Shown: piece by piece, positions 1 to 14,300 of the stretch
Numbering within the stretch: the stretch's first letter is position 1
Layout of the letters: the number at the start of each line of letters is the position of its first letter
Origin: Lingula anatina
Taxonomy: Eukaryota; Animalia; Brachiopoda
Direction: 5' to 3'
NCBI GenBank assembly: GCA_051362555.1
Contig: CM120640.1
Span: 61,048,788-61,112,787, forward strand
Length of the DNA: 64,000 nucleotides
Notes under the pieces: model-generated
Seen by the model: only the letters and a program-made list of their open reading frames with translations
The model's database searches: none
What the model was told of the DNA's origin: nothing
Position numbers and translations under genes: made by a program

Positions 1-2164
1 AGTTATCACATTAACTTGTGATGCTTACATCATTAATACATCAACATACAATCTATACCACATAAGTAAATATTTGTTTACACAAACAAAAGACAATACA
101 CTGAATAAATATATTATACAAGTATCTCTTTTCAAATTCTGTTCTACACCACAGATGACCAAATGTGATTTCAAAATTCATTTACTTAATTACACTTTAA
201 TTTCAAATAGCTTATTTGCACTTAGAGAATGTCTTCCATAATGAAAGAACTGGTATACCACACCAAGGGATGTAAAGGTGGAAAGAAATGCACTATTAAG
301 AAGTAAAGGATAGCTGACGAAAAAGAGACTTCAGTTTCTTGTCAAATTCCTTCAATCATAAATATCAGTTAATTACTTGGTATATACACCTGCTGCCAAT
401 TGTAAAATATGAATATAACCTTGCAATTTTACAGGATAAGATTAATTTGATTGTCTTCAAGTTTAACCAAAGTAAAGAAAACATCACAAACAAGAAAAAA
501 TGCATTACCTGAATGAATAAGCAGTGATTAAACTGATGAAATAATTTATCTAGAAAATTGGCATCCGCTGACAGTTGCTACTAATGAAAATTGTATGATA
601 ATATAGGCAATCAGTTGTACATGTTAAATGTTTTCTTTTTTAGGATACCCACTGAGCAGCCAAGACCACACATGTTCAATCTAAATAGGACAAGCACATA
701 TTTAATTGGATATTAGAGAATTCCACACAACCTTAACTTGGTTAATGAACTGAGGTCTGCCTATACAACATAAGGAAATTTTCTTAAAGTATGAAAACAT
801 TTCTAAATCACAAAAAATTCCCCAGCAGATATCAATAGAGATTACTAGTTCTCTACAACTAACATGCATGGCAAAAATTTAGTGCTCTCTATCATTTGAC
901 ATCAATGAATATGTTATATATCTGTCACATTAAAGAAAACTGACAGCATTTAAAATACAATGTTTTATACTCTCCTAACGCAAGGGTAATGCATTCAATG
1001 TATTGGCTTTGAAAATTGTTCACATTGTTGCACATGTATGGTAGAATAACGTGGCAAAGACATTTGAATAGCTCGTTTCTCATTCATTTGACCAAACTTA
1101 TTGATGTGTATACAAAGCAAGCCATGCACTCACTGGGTTGTAACATAATTCAAAATGATTTGATCTGGTAAGTATATAGTATCTCTTCTGTGCCAAACTT
1201 TGAATAAATCCTCAATATGAGAAATATAAATGTACAAAAATAGTCTGAATGATATCATATAAATAATGAGGAATAACTAAAACACATAATTTATGAACAA
1301 AAAAGAGTTGTATTCATATAGCTAATACATAACACATATACTATATTTAACTGAGGTCATTTTGTTTCATTATGGGGAAAATAAAGGTTTAACAAGCAAG
1401 AGAAATGCAAAATGAATGAAGAGAATTTATATTAAAAACAGTAGTGCCAATGCATTAAGATAATTCATTTTTCCCTTTTCTTGTTATCCTAAATCACATT
1501 CCTTGACAACACAATATAATTGCCAAATCCAAACAAAACAATCATAGTTGCATAGTAAAAATTATGCAGTTCATTATGAAAAAGATTAAAACCATGATTT
1601 TATCATAATTGTCAAGTAAGTAATCAGTGTCATAATAAGGCAAAGGGCAAAAAGTGTACTTAAATAAGAGATCGTAATTTAAGCATTTGCACAATAATTT
1701 GAAATTTTGGCACATTTTCCCCATTTCAGATTGCACAGAAAATATATGGATGATTTAACAACAACCTACACAATACATATTCACACTGTTGTGAGAAAAT
1801 ATACATGGTAGCATCTCTATTTCTTCTGATTTATTACAAGAAACAGCCTGGACTTTCCTTCTTCTTTCCTGCCATTTTCTTTTAACTCGTGGCAATGTTC
1901 TGTGTGGAGTGATGCTGAAGCTAAGAAATGTTAGTTCAACCACCACCCACCAAAGAAAAGAGTTAGTGTCACCCACTCACCAAAGCAAGTACAGTGGTAG
2001 AGAAAAGTCCTCTAGCAGTGCAAGTCACATGAGACACGAGACAAAAATGAAGAATATGAACACTTCAGTAGGTGGCTCTCCCTTCTGACAAAACATGGAA
2101 TGTGACATGGTGCCCAGCTTCTGTATTTTCATCTTTTTTTCTCCATTTTTCACTTTGACCACTG

Positions 2165-2355
2165 TCATACAAACAGTGAAATAGAGACAGTCCCAAGCAA
2201 TAGAGCAAGACAGGCAGAATTAGCAACTGTACTGCGTGAGTACATAAAACTAGGGAGGATTTGCCCACCTGATGACTTCTGGGAATCATTGTAGTTGCTC
2301 AGAGGATGCTGTGAGGTTCCATGAAGCACCAATGTGAAACCCTTCAACTCCGCCG
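2165..2355 (-). CDS. FURIN: Furin exon 13b: alternative end of P domain with hydrophobic C-terminus
   Basis: Acceptor tttatgtttacag in the same phase as exon 13a. [13 protein letters not shown] parallels [13 protein letters not shown]. Ends [18 protein letters not shown] possible internal donor CAG|GTGGGC gives exon end 2269. Confidence 0.75.
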
Positions 2356-5300
2356 CTGTAAACATAAAAAAGAAGTAAGTTTTTGAGCTCAATTTCAAAA
2401 TTGACATTAATATCCAATTTTTACTGACTACTTAACTAATATTACCCTTAATGTGAATGGATATCGTATAAAACTTATAATAAATGGCTACAAAAAATGT
2501 AAAAATCAGAAACGTGTAATTTATATGTACATAAATTGATTTTTTTACCACACTTTCAATACAAATGTAAGTTAACTTTCTTTTAAGTGCAATCAATTGG
2601 TTAATGCAATCATTCCTATATAGCTTCATATATATATATATATATATGTACAGTGAGGAAGAAAAGCCAGCAAATGAACTGAAAAAAGAAAAAAATCAAG
2701 ACTTAATAAAAGACACAAAGGGATATAAAACAATAAGGATAAATATGAACAACAATAATAATGCATAATGTGGTGTGTTCATTAATTGTGCATAATTAAA
2801 ACCATGCATTAGTTACTACAAGCTGGTTCTACAGTACTTCATGACAAACTAATGCCTAACATTGTTTTGTTATCTCTTGTCAGGGCCTATTGCAGCCAAT
2901 CATGATATTCTGCCCTTGCTAAGCATTTTTATACCAGGGCACATTATCAGCTGTTATAAGAACTGCTCTGCTAAGTTCTTTTTTTTTCTAGAAAGCATAC
3001 TTTGCAACTATTTAAAGACAAAATCTGTAGTCTATTGTTATCCACAGCAAATTACACCCCTTGATGGCACTCCTGTGCCTGAGATGATAGACTTTCAATC
3101 AGTTTTTAAATTAACTAAATCCATCCATGCAGCATTCAAATCCGTAAACAAATAAAGCAATGTGACATGCAGACAGTTTTGAGTGCACAACAAAACAACA
3201 CCATCAAGACACAGAACACAGAAACGACACCAAGAATAGAAAGTATATATATATTGCCTTGCCTGTAGTCATAAAACTAGTGGTAGGAGTTGTGGAAATA
3301 TGTGCTGGATAGCGATTCATGTAAGGTGGATCTTGTTCGTTTCTTGGGACATTAGGCTTATTGTAATTAGGCTTATCAGTCTTACTTGTGACCCTCAGGG
3401 GGTACTGATAGAAATGAGTGGTGGTAGTAGTAGTAGTAGTGGGCTCAGTTGTTGTCTTTGTTGGCCATCGTATCTTTGTTTTCGTAGGAACAGGCGAGGT
3501 GGTTTTAAGGGGGGTGGTGGTTTTGGGGGAAGGTGTAGGTGGTGCGAGTGGGTCTGTTTCTGTTCCATACAAAACTAGAGTCCAGTCATGTAGGCGTGCT
3601 CGGCGGACTGCAAGCAAAAATGGAAGTCATTTGACATCTCACCATACAAACAATCATACATCTGAAACAATATCTGCCTTGAGACAGACAACAAATATAT
3701 ATATATATATAAATATATCAACAGACAATACTATGACATTACTTTCTCTCTGATAACACACAATAATATTTTCTTTTGTATATTAGTTTATGGCTGGAGT
3801 GAAATAAACAATCCTAATACCCAATTCACTGTTACTGCTATAAAATGTAGAAACTAACAGAAAACAAAACCTTGTATAGAGCTCAAGTTAGCCTTTTATG
3901 ACCTGAATTAAATCACTGATTTTATTTTAACTTTAAGCCCTGGCACCTATTTTAGTACTTAAAATAAAGTTCTCATATCAGACAGAAGAAATGTTTACAG
4001 AGATCAACACTATAGGATCACATGAGTGCAAGGGATAATGAAAGCTGCCAAATTACACTAAATAAGACTGGTATAATATAGTCACTGGCACTGATGACCT
4101 ACAGGCTAAGAAGTAGAGTGCAATGTTAGTTTGGAGCAGTCACTACAATAAATATGCAGATTAAATCAGCTAGCGTGCATTCCTGTGTTCTCATGGGTAA
4201 CTTCTTACTATAGGGATTGAACTTGGAGAACAAATGCTCTTCCCCTGACTCCCCCCCCCCCCAAACAGCCTGAGCAGAATTTCCAAATTGTTTGTTCTAA
4301 CATTTACCCTTTCTAGGCAATAACCAATTACAATTATGTATGTAAAATTACAAACATATACAAATATTTCTGACACTTAACACCTTTGCATCATTTGAGA
4401 AGTAACCAACAAAAAAGATGTATATAGACAATTTACAAAAATACAGTGTTTCTATTATTCCTCTCATCAGACAACTTACATAGTTATTAATTGAATAGGA
4501 TTCTCATCACCGATATTTCCACAAAAAACTGAAAATATCTACAGAAATATTACATCTTAGAAAGGGAATCAGTGGAAGTCAATCCCAAGTAAGAAGAAAT
4601 TGCGTCAGTAATTGTTGATTAGGAAAATACTGCAAGGTCGACTGAGACCGAGACCTGGTAAAGTCAGATAAATTAAGCTGACTAGTTTTGTGATTTGTTC
4701 ATATTTGGAGAAAAAAAAAAGGGGGGGGGGGAGTAAAATAGTTAACCCAACCTTAACAAAGAGCAAGTATCAAAAGTACCACTTACGCATAGCATCACTA
4801 TTTTCTACTTCCAGTGTCCACTTTCCCTCTGCAATCTCCCCCCAGTTATGTGTGGTCATAAAGGCCCAGTCTCCAAACCCATCCTTTGAGGTATCCCGGG
4901 CTCTTTTGGCTAAAAGTGTAGATCTGGTGCCTGATGGAGATGTGAGGAAAATCTGAATGGCACCTCTGTGCTCTGAGGACAGTGTGATCTTGGCCTGAAC
5001 ATGTTCAAGGTAACGCACGTGGTGAGCAGTGCCAAAACATGCATCTGTTCGAATTGACACGGTTATCGTGTTTCTTGCAGTAATTGCCCTGGAAGAAAAG
5101 GATAATCATATCTATTCACTGATTAAGTAAAAACATCGATAAAAGATGCTACTTTTTAGGCTCAATTTGCTATATTATATTGCAGCTTTGGCTAATGTGA
5201 AGCTTCCTGGCAGAGAACACTCATTTAGAAATTTCAACACCTCTTTATGGCTCCCATGGTATGCTTTTAATGTAGTTTGAGAACTAGCCACTGTAAACTG

Positions 5301-8300
5301 ATGATCTTGGATGTCTTTCTCAAGAAAAACTGGAACCTGAATGATGCCCCATTCAATGATTTTCCTTCTTTCTGTAATCAATGAAATGGGCTGTAGATCA
5401 TGTTAAAGTGACAGCATTTTCTCTCTCTTTATATTTTTGCATAATATGTGCTTTTGCATGAATGGATTGCTCTCTTCAGGAGTAATTTTATCATCAAAAG
5501 TGTATTACCTTCAATGGTAACAAATTGAAAAAGTACAATATACTTTAGTGGCTTTTATAGAGAAACAAGCATTTCAGATTTTTAAATTTTTTTTCCTTAT
5601 AAGATCAGTGTTGCTACTAGCTAAAGACCATTTAACAAGCAATGGAGCAGCAGGGATTTCATATCATTTATCATCAAGAATGAAAAGATAATGAGAATCA
5701 CTCTTGGACTTCACAGTAGTGTAATTCAATTGTCTCAGGGGACAAAACATAATTTTTAGGGGGAACCAATTACCTCTTACACTACAAGTAATCATACCAC
5801 AGAGACACACTAGATGAGCATTTTGCACCTTTCTGGTACTTCACACCTTTGCTCCATTTGAGATGTATTTGTCATCCAAGAACAGGGTAAGCTTTAGTCA
5901 GAATAACAGCTATCCCTGAGTATGTCCTACTAAAAAAATTCTTGTAATAATGATCATAACTGACACAGCACTTAAACTTATAAGATGCCATTCCAATATT
6001 CTTAACCAAATATCATTGACACACCAGGCAGGAGTCAAGGACAAGATATATATTTTTACACTTTGTTGCACAGATGTGGTGTGTATGTGTGAGTGTGTGT
6101 GTGTGTGTCAGGGATAATTCATGGCAAACATCCACTAAATGAGCAACCTAATTGCAACTACCAATACACTCATCAATTACCATAATTATAATGTATTTAC
6201 ACATTGACAAGAAAACTGGCATCATTTCAGAAGGTTTTCAATGACAGATATTGCCAATTTTTGACAAATTCATCAATAGTAATTATCATAATGAAATTAC
6301 AGAATTGTCAAGATGAGTTAGAAATTAAAGTCAAATTACCAACTTTGCAAATTAGAGCCCTGAATCATGAGCATGTAGCCTAGAATGCTTGGTAACCCTC
6401 ACCTGTTACTCTTGGGGACAGGGATTTCACAGATGAGCTGTTTTGGCACTGAGGTCCAGTTCTTAGCCATGGAGGCCATTGCACTGGCATCCATTAAACC
6501 ATAACCAAAGGAATGACTAACTGGAAAATTCAAAGAAATCAACCTGTTAAACATGGTCACTCAATCAGCTAAATGTTTGTAATCATATCAAGAAAATATC
6601 AAGAATAATTTATCAAGGAGCAATAATTGTGTTTACATTAAAATTTCCTTTAGATTTTGATTTAATTTTTTGTAATATGCATGAATCTGGACAAATATTA
6701 CTCTAAAAAAATCAAAACACTGTATGTTTTCATCAGATATACAGTTTGCTGATTGAGGACTTGATGAAGAAACTGACATGCAAATTCTCTGATGACAGGC
6801 TGGTAATTTTCTTGGGCAATGGATCAGAAGATTATATGCTGCTGGATTGATCACAAAGTTAGAGCAGTGCTTTTACAGGCTGAAGAACATCATATAACAA
6901 TCTAACAGCTTTTCTTTAAAAAATCATTTATCAAAATTGAAGTGGGGGACATATTGATCGATGGTCCTCAATTTTGTGAGACAGATACAGAAGTGCATTT
7001 ACATGCTGTAGAACATTACATAACAACCTAACAGCCTTTTTAAGCACAAACTTTTTCATCCGCTGATGTAGGGAACATATTGATCAAAAGTTCCCATCTT
7101 TATTAACTCTGGTAAGAAAGCTTGCCCTTCTTGTGGTGAATCACTCCAATTATTTTCATCATCAGATATTGAAACCTGTTGGCATTTTCAATTATAAACT
7201 GAATGAAATTCTCATCAGAGATGGAAAAGACCAATCACAAAGATAGCAAATAAATTTCAATGCTTGCACTATAGTTTGCATTAACCTAAAGCATTCATAA
7301 TGCCTCTGACACAACTTTGTGGGATTTTTTTCTCAATTTGCTGAAATTTACTGGGCAGCAAATGCAAATGAAATCTGTGGAGTGCTTGATATATAAATAA
7401 GACAAAAATGTTTATATATCACTAAAAGTCCAAGATTTTGACGTGTTTTGTTAAAAAATTGCTTGCAAAAGTGGTTAGCCTAAAAATATTCATAACATTC
7501 ATCTAATATAAAATGTTGTCAAATGTGAAAGACATGGAAGACATTGTGGAATTGTAGACATCCTACCTTTTCTTCCCACCCCATTGGTGGTCCAGTCCCC
7601 TGCTCGTAATTTGTGGGGTTTGGCCGTCATCACAACAATATGCTGTAAATCTCTCCAAGACAGATTGGGGCTGCAAAGATCAATACATGTTCATTATGAA
7701 AGGGATAGAAGAAAAAACAAAATTCCTAAAGCTAGGAGAAAGGGTTCATGCGAACATCTATACAATAATCAATGGAAAATGTACTCCCATGGGCACACGA
7801 TAAGAAAAGGAGTAATCAAAATTTCATACCAAGGCACTAGTAGTTTTGATTCTCAGTTGATATCAGGACCCTGGAGTCAATAAATGCTAATCAAACTGGG
7901 GTCCCTGCACTGATGAAGCAATTCATAGGCATTGAAGCCTGCTAACTTGGCTTGATAACGTCTAGGAGATTGATTAAAGGAAAAAAATGATACCCCAATT
8001 ATAAAATGGTCACTTTTGTACTTTGGTTAAGAAAAAAGATTTTTTTGGTAGCGATGCCTTCATTGATACTTTGGTTCACACAAATGGTTAATCACTTAAG
8101 TAAAATTCAAACAAAAAAGAAAAAAAAAAAAAAAACGTTACTTATACTGTATCATATCTATAAAGGCAAAAATGTAAACAATTAACTGATACAATTGATC
8201 AACTGTTAAATATTAAACATCTAAATTTTTTAGCTGCACCTTTAGGCTTACAGGACAAGAGAATATGTTTTCCTTCATGAAGGAAGGAGTAAATAATTAT

Positions 8301-11275
8301 CTTAGTGTCACAAAGCCATTTGTTCATAAACACAATTCAAAGGGACTCAGAATTCCAATTTGAACACGTTTTTAAATGAAAAACAAGCTTCCCGTAACCA
8401 CAGATTAACCAGATTACAAACAAACAATGTTGTTTCTCTGTATACTGAAATTTATGTGTCTGTGTGAACAGTCTATCTATCAATGTGCACAGTCTTCTGT
8501 CTTTTAAAATCACATGGTTTGTCAACTTCATCCATCAGCAACCCCAGGTTCACCTTTTTCCAATTTTCTTATTACATGATATGGCAATTCATTACAGACC
8601 ACAATCTATACCAAAGTGAAATCAAAACCAACTTTTCATCATATAGATTTTCCTTTTGCAATGAAACTAAAACTTTCATTAATTTCATTTCAGCAAATAT
8701 ATTAACCTGAGGAGTGAAAAGAGTAGGAACCGACATTATACTGATCTTTTTTTTTCTTCTTTCTGATCAGGATCTAAGGATGGAAAAAAAGGATGTCTTT
8801 GCTTGTGGAGCTAAACTATTTATTCCAACAGTCAAACCTAAACTACATCAACCCTCTCTTACTTTGCTTGTAAGGCTAAAGCACATATCCCAGCTGCTAG
8901 TGGGGCACTGGCTGAGGTTCCAGTATGAGACTCAGTGCAAGCTTTTCTCAGGTCTGTGGTCACCTGAAATAATAAACATTTCATTTTCATCAGCCTCGTG
9001 CTTACTAATGGGTTTACATCCAATCACTTAGACTAGGTGTTTTTTTTTTACAAAAGTGGTAAGCCTTCAAAAATATCCATAATATTCATCTAACCTGAAA
9101 TGTCAAATACGTAAGACATGGAAGACATTGTGAAATTGCAGACGAAGAAGACGAATATAGTTATGACACAGTAAGGTACCAAATGTCACCTTTTCTTCTT
9201 TTTTAATAATCAAATTAATAAAGATCACCTGCACCTGATAGCTACATGAAGTGAGCTAACATATTTGCTTAATGCACACATCAGGCATATAACTGTGGAG
9301 CTATGCCACCCTAAACCTTTCAGATGCCTTTCAAATGGCAGTGCACCATTTCTGTAAATGCATTGCTAATGTTCCACTTTGTAAATAGAAAGCATTTAAC
9401 ATGAAGGCCATGAAGTTATAAGTGTCCCTAATTGTACCATTACTAACTATTAGTACTCCCAATCAACTTACTATTTGTCTCTCATTTCCTGAGCCACTGC
9501 TGTAAGTGGTGGCTAGAGTGGAGGAGCAGGCCTCTGAATACCATGGAATGTTCCCTGATTCAGTTGTACTACTAATGGACAGTGTGTAGATACTGTTGGT
9601 ATACCCATCACAGTTACAGCTATCATCATCACGGCCACCATTCCCTGATGCCCACACAAAGATAGAACCCAGACCTTGGCGACCCTAAAACAATTCACAA
9701 AAAAAGACATGCAGTAGCCAAAACAGTCAGAGATTCCATTTCCTCATATGAATAAATGCCACTACTAACAACATAATCAAGTTCTGCTATCATTGCTATG
9801 CAACAAATGGAACATTAGTGTTTTTACAGCATTTCAAAATAGAAAATATTTTTTCATATTTAAGTACAGCTGTAGATGTAGTGAATGAGAATATTTATTT
9901 CACAAGTAAAAGCATGACCTACTATTTCCAGTATTGTGAACTGGTTTATGAGGGATTTTCAAAATTATCTCCATGTACAATGCCTTAAACATACACTTAA
10001 AGGCTTTGGTACTGAACTTAATCATGAACCAAAGAATATTTTGATGGTTCATTTACGCTGCAAGATTGTCAGATGATTATGATAGCAAGATGATTAACTT
10101 TTCAATAAACAACCAAACCATGTCAAGCTCTGTTGTTAAAATGAGAATATGAGCTGGAACTTGTTGCAAACGTGATATTCTCTGCTTTAACTTTATAACA
10201 CATTGACAGCTCTGAAAGCCTTTCTGTCATCAATGAAAGTGCTTTTACAGAGTAACATATTTTAATAATTTTATAGTTGGCTACACACTTATTAGATTCA
10301 ATTCCATTATCACAGTGGACTATCATAACGCTTTCCTTATTTTCAAATAGTTGTGACAAAAGTATTCTTTGGAGTATTAAAAAAAAAAAAAAAAACACCA
10401 AAAAAATCATAATTTAGATTTTATGTCCTTTAAAAAAAAGGAATTGGTAAACCTGAGTGAAATTTTAAAGTGCATCATCTCATTTGGGAGACACACAACA
10501 ACAAAAGGCACAAATAAGGGCCCACTGAAGATCTTTTTAAAAGAATCAGTGAAATCAAGCAAAGCATTTTTATTCAATAATGTAAGTTCATCATCCTCAC
10601 TTTGGAGACCCCATCTTTAAAAGCTTTTTTGGCTAGTGTTGCTGGCCCATCCACTGTCCTTCCATCATCATCAGGCCCCCAGCTAGCACTGTAAATATCT
10701 ATGTGGTCTCGACGGAGACTGAGAGATGTTGCTTCTACGGCATCTGTCACATCTCCATCTAACATACGAACACCTGAAACCAAATAAAAATGATAATAAA
10801 ATTGTCAATACTTTCAAAGAAAATTCAGAGTTTTTTTGGATATATTGTATTCAGTTTTTAACCATCACCTCAAGGATATTTTGAAACTGATGACAAAGTT
10901 TTTGTTTCAAACACGAAAAAAGACATGATAAAAATTTATTTCAGCAACTTAAAAAAAAAAAAAAAAAAATCTGCTGCCAGGAGAAGAAAAAAAAAATCAA
11001 TGTCTGATCAATGTTACTTCAAATCTAGAATTAAGCTTTATCTTAATTGCCATCTAATGCCAACAAAATTCAACTGGTATTTCCTATAATGAATGAATGG
11101 TTTATCCTATACTGAATGAATGAATCTTGACGTAAGATATAATTGTCTTCTGGTAAAAATACCACACACAACTGGCAAGGCACCTCATTTGATTTATATT
11201 CCCACTTTATATTGAAATTTCTTGTTTACTTTATTTTCCTTTCCACAAAACTAGGTACTAATTTTTAAGAAGAGT

Positions 11276-11329
<54 letters not shown>

Positions 11330-14300
11330 ATACACACTCCAAAGTTTCATAAGTTTCATAATATCAATCAGAGGTTGAGATTTATTCTGCATGATTGTGA
11401 AAAATGTTCCCGATTTTTTAAAATGAAACTTAATTGGGGCACTGTCTAAATACAGACATTTCTATTCTGACATCCTGTAATATCATTGTACCTCCTATAT
11501 TTGCATCATAAGCAATGCCAACACTGCACACATTGTTATTAGACGAGGCAGCTACTTCTCCAGCACAGCGCGTCCCATGTCTGAAATGAAATCAACAGTT
11601 GAAGTTAACAGGAAATCTATGTACTCACAAAATACTTATGTTTTTACTTACAGTGAAATTGTATCAATAGAGATAACTTCTTTGAACCAATTAATGTAAA
11701 TCTGTGGATCACTTTATCATATCTGATACTTGATGGGATACCTAATTTCAAAATCCAAGAGCAAACTGCAGTACAGACAAAAACTTCATCTTATCCATTG
11801 AGTTCAAGACCCACAACCAGGACACCTGTGTACTTAAATTGAAGGGTTTGGCATGTTTCCTTATCCAGGCCAGTGTTAATTCATTACAACTCTTTTTTAG
11901 TCACACCATGCAATGCATGACATATTGCCCTTTGGTTTAAAAGTGGTTTGATGTTACCTGAAAATCTGGCAACAGCAGTGAAGTAGTACATCAATTGGTA
12001 TATTGCAAGGGTGTTAAGGAGCAGCATCTATCAACAGGACATTTTTCTCTTGAAATGCTTACAGCTTAGTTATAAACGATGACTTAAAATTTATAAATTA
12101 CATAATATCTTATAATTGCCTTTCCTAGTTTTGTAGCTAAATAGTATTTGAAAGCCAAAGCAACAGGATTCCTCTGTCGATCTTACATTCAGTCTTATTA
12201 TTTGATTGATTTTCAATGCAGCTAATACTGCTGGTAGATAATTCCTTAAGTTGTAGCCTTCTACAACTTACATCCATATATATAGATCTTTGGCCAAAGT
12301 CCTTAACCTCGCTTTTGACAAAAGAAATTGTGCTACATCTTCCACTTTGTGTTGTCTATGATTATAAATAATTACTATAAATATGAAGGTTTGTTTCACA
12401 TTGTAGAATATAGTCATGTATACAATACTTGTAGTGTCATGCTAGCATATGATCAGTGCTGTGAGCAGTTGACTCGGCATTAAGACCGCACCTAGCTTAT
12501 GATTATGAAATACTGAACTTGAATGTATAATAATGGTACATTTCTATATATGTAACCTTGGTGTTATTTATCTACGTATTTTATTATTATCATTACTATT
12601 GTTGCTATTAAGCATAAACTTGCAAAAGGATGTAACTGTAACCTTTTTATTCAAGTGCCCAATTTTCCCAGCTAAAAATCAAAAACTTTTCCAACTTTAA
12701 TCTTTTTTTGGAGATGGCAGAAAAAGTCTGACATGACACCAGATGCTCAGATCACAGTACGCTTATCACTGTAGGAAATACATGACTGCATGGCCTGCTA
12801 AATGAGAATTTACCACTCACCCGGACAGATTCACACTTGCTATCTGTCATAATAAAGCTAAGAAACCCTTGATTTGTGAGATAGTTAACGGGTTTCATAC
12901 ATTTCCACTAGAAAATCACTAAATGCTGAAACACTGAAAGGATTTACTGACACATCCCTAAATGCCATTACCATTGTAGGGAAGCATTACTGCAGGACTA
13001 ATGAGCTTGGGGATGACTTGCCACAGCTTGTATATCACACTGTATTTTACTTTAGTTCAACAAGTACAGCCTTGATGAAACCTTAAAATGAAAAAAGTAT
13101 TCAACAATAATACTCTGCTCAGATGAATGTAAATAAGAATACTGAATACAACTGATCATCAAAGGACCAGAGGGTAGGGATCCTTTTCATCCTTTTTTCA
13201 ACACTCCTTCAACTTGTAAAACAGGATGGTGTTTCAGGTTTAGAACTGAACATAAGGTGTCTCTGTATTTTTCAAATCTGCCCCAATACTGGCATGGGCC
13301 AAATGTAGCCAAGGCACTGAAATTACTTGGCTTAATTCCACAGGGAAAGAACTAGTTATTTTCTTTCGTCAATGAAAGCTGCAATGTTAGAAAAATTAAT
13401 TATGGATATTCAATAGAATTGTGGCGTCAATTAAGCTTATCCAGAACTATAGCTGTTACATAGTGTCTGGCCAGCTGCTGATAAGGACTGCATTTCTCTT
13501 TGGTAATTGTATTGAGGAACTGAAATCTCTTTTCTAATGCTAATGACCTGAAACCTTTTTCCCTTTCAAATTACATTACAGTACTTAACTGATTTTCTCT
13601 TCCCACCTCCACCCCCATTATACTGACATAATGAGATGCTGATTGTCTTTTTCCAGCCTCCCTTTCTATTACTTTCCATCAAACTAAATCATACTGCTTC
13701 ATCAACTTCATTCATTCACTTTGTCAATGAGTACGAGAATAGTAAATATGCATATGTAGTACACCTGTCAAACAGAAGCTGTCATACTATCAGCAAATCT
13801 CAGAAATCCCAGATAAACCTCGTAGTTACATAACAGTGGCAGTGATGGAGCTGATAGCACTTGGAATTTAGGGGTTAAGTGATTGACTTCTTGAACCACA
13901 CAGCTCAAGCATTGCTGTTCTTTCTACTTTGTTAGCCTGCTGGTGGCTGGCTTGGAGTCCGTCCAAAGCGGCAATGAGGTAAACATGTGCTTTCACACAT
14001 GAAAATGTATAACTGGAAAACAAGCTGAAGATCAATAAGGACTTGGACTGGATTCCAACAAACATCCATTGCCTTATCTGTCTGTGTCCACATGTATCCA
14101 CTACTGGTATTAGTATCAACTAAGCAGTATACTTCAAAGTATAAAAAAAAAACCTTTCCTGTAAAAGTTCGGTTATCCACAAACACACATGGCCTCTTTG
14201 CTGCTCTAATAAAATAAATTTTCATGTCATTACAAACTGGGTTTTAAGGAAAAAACTATTTATATTAAAAAAATAATAATAATACATAAATAAAAAGTAA

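Noticed and set aside
1755-1976. Minus-strand ORF with a hydrophobic stretch and RVKRKWQERRRK as a furin TM/tail exon
   Set aside because: GTG start directly after an in-frame stop and no convincing in-phase acceptor upstream of the hydrophobic part; more likely UTR or intron.
3418-3753. Plus-strand [19 protein letters not shown].. (and the 3300-3578 ORF)
   Set aside because: Antisense shadow of the Thr/Pro codons of furin exon 13a.
4191-4376. Minus-strand ORF between furin exons 12 and 13a as another alternative tail
   Set aside because: Its plausible acceptor is in the wrong phase for exon 12, it has no P-domain strand, and it contains a homopolymer run.
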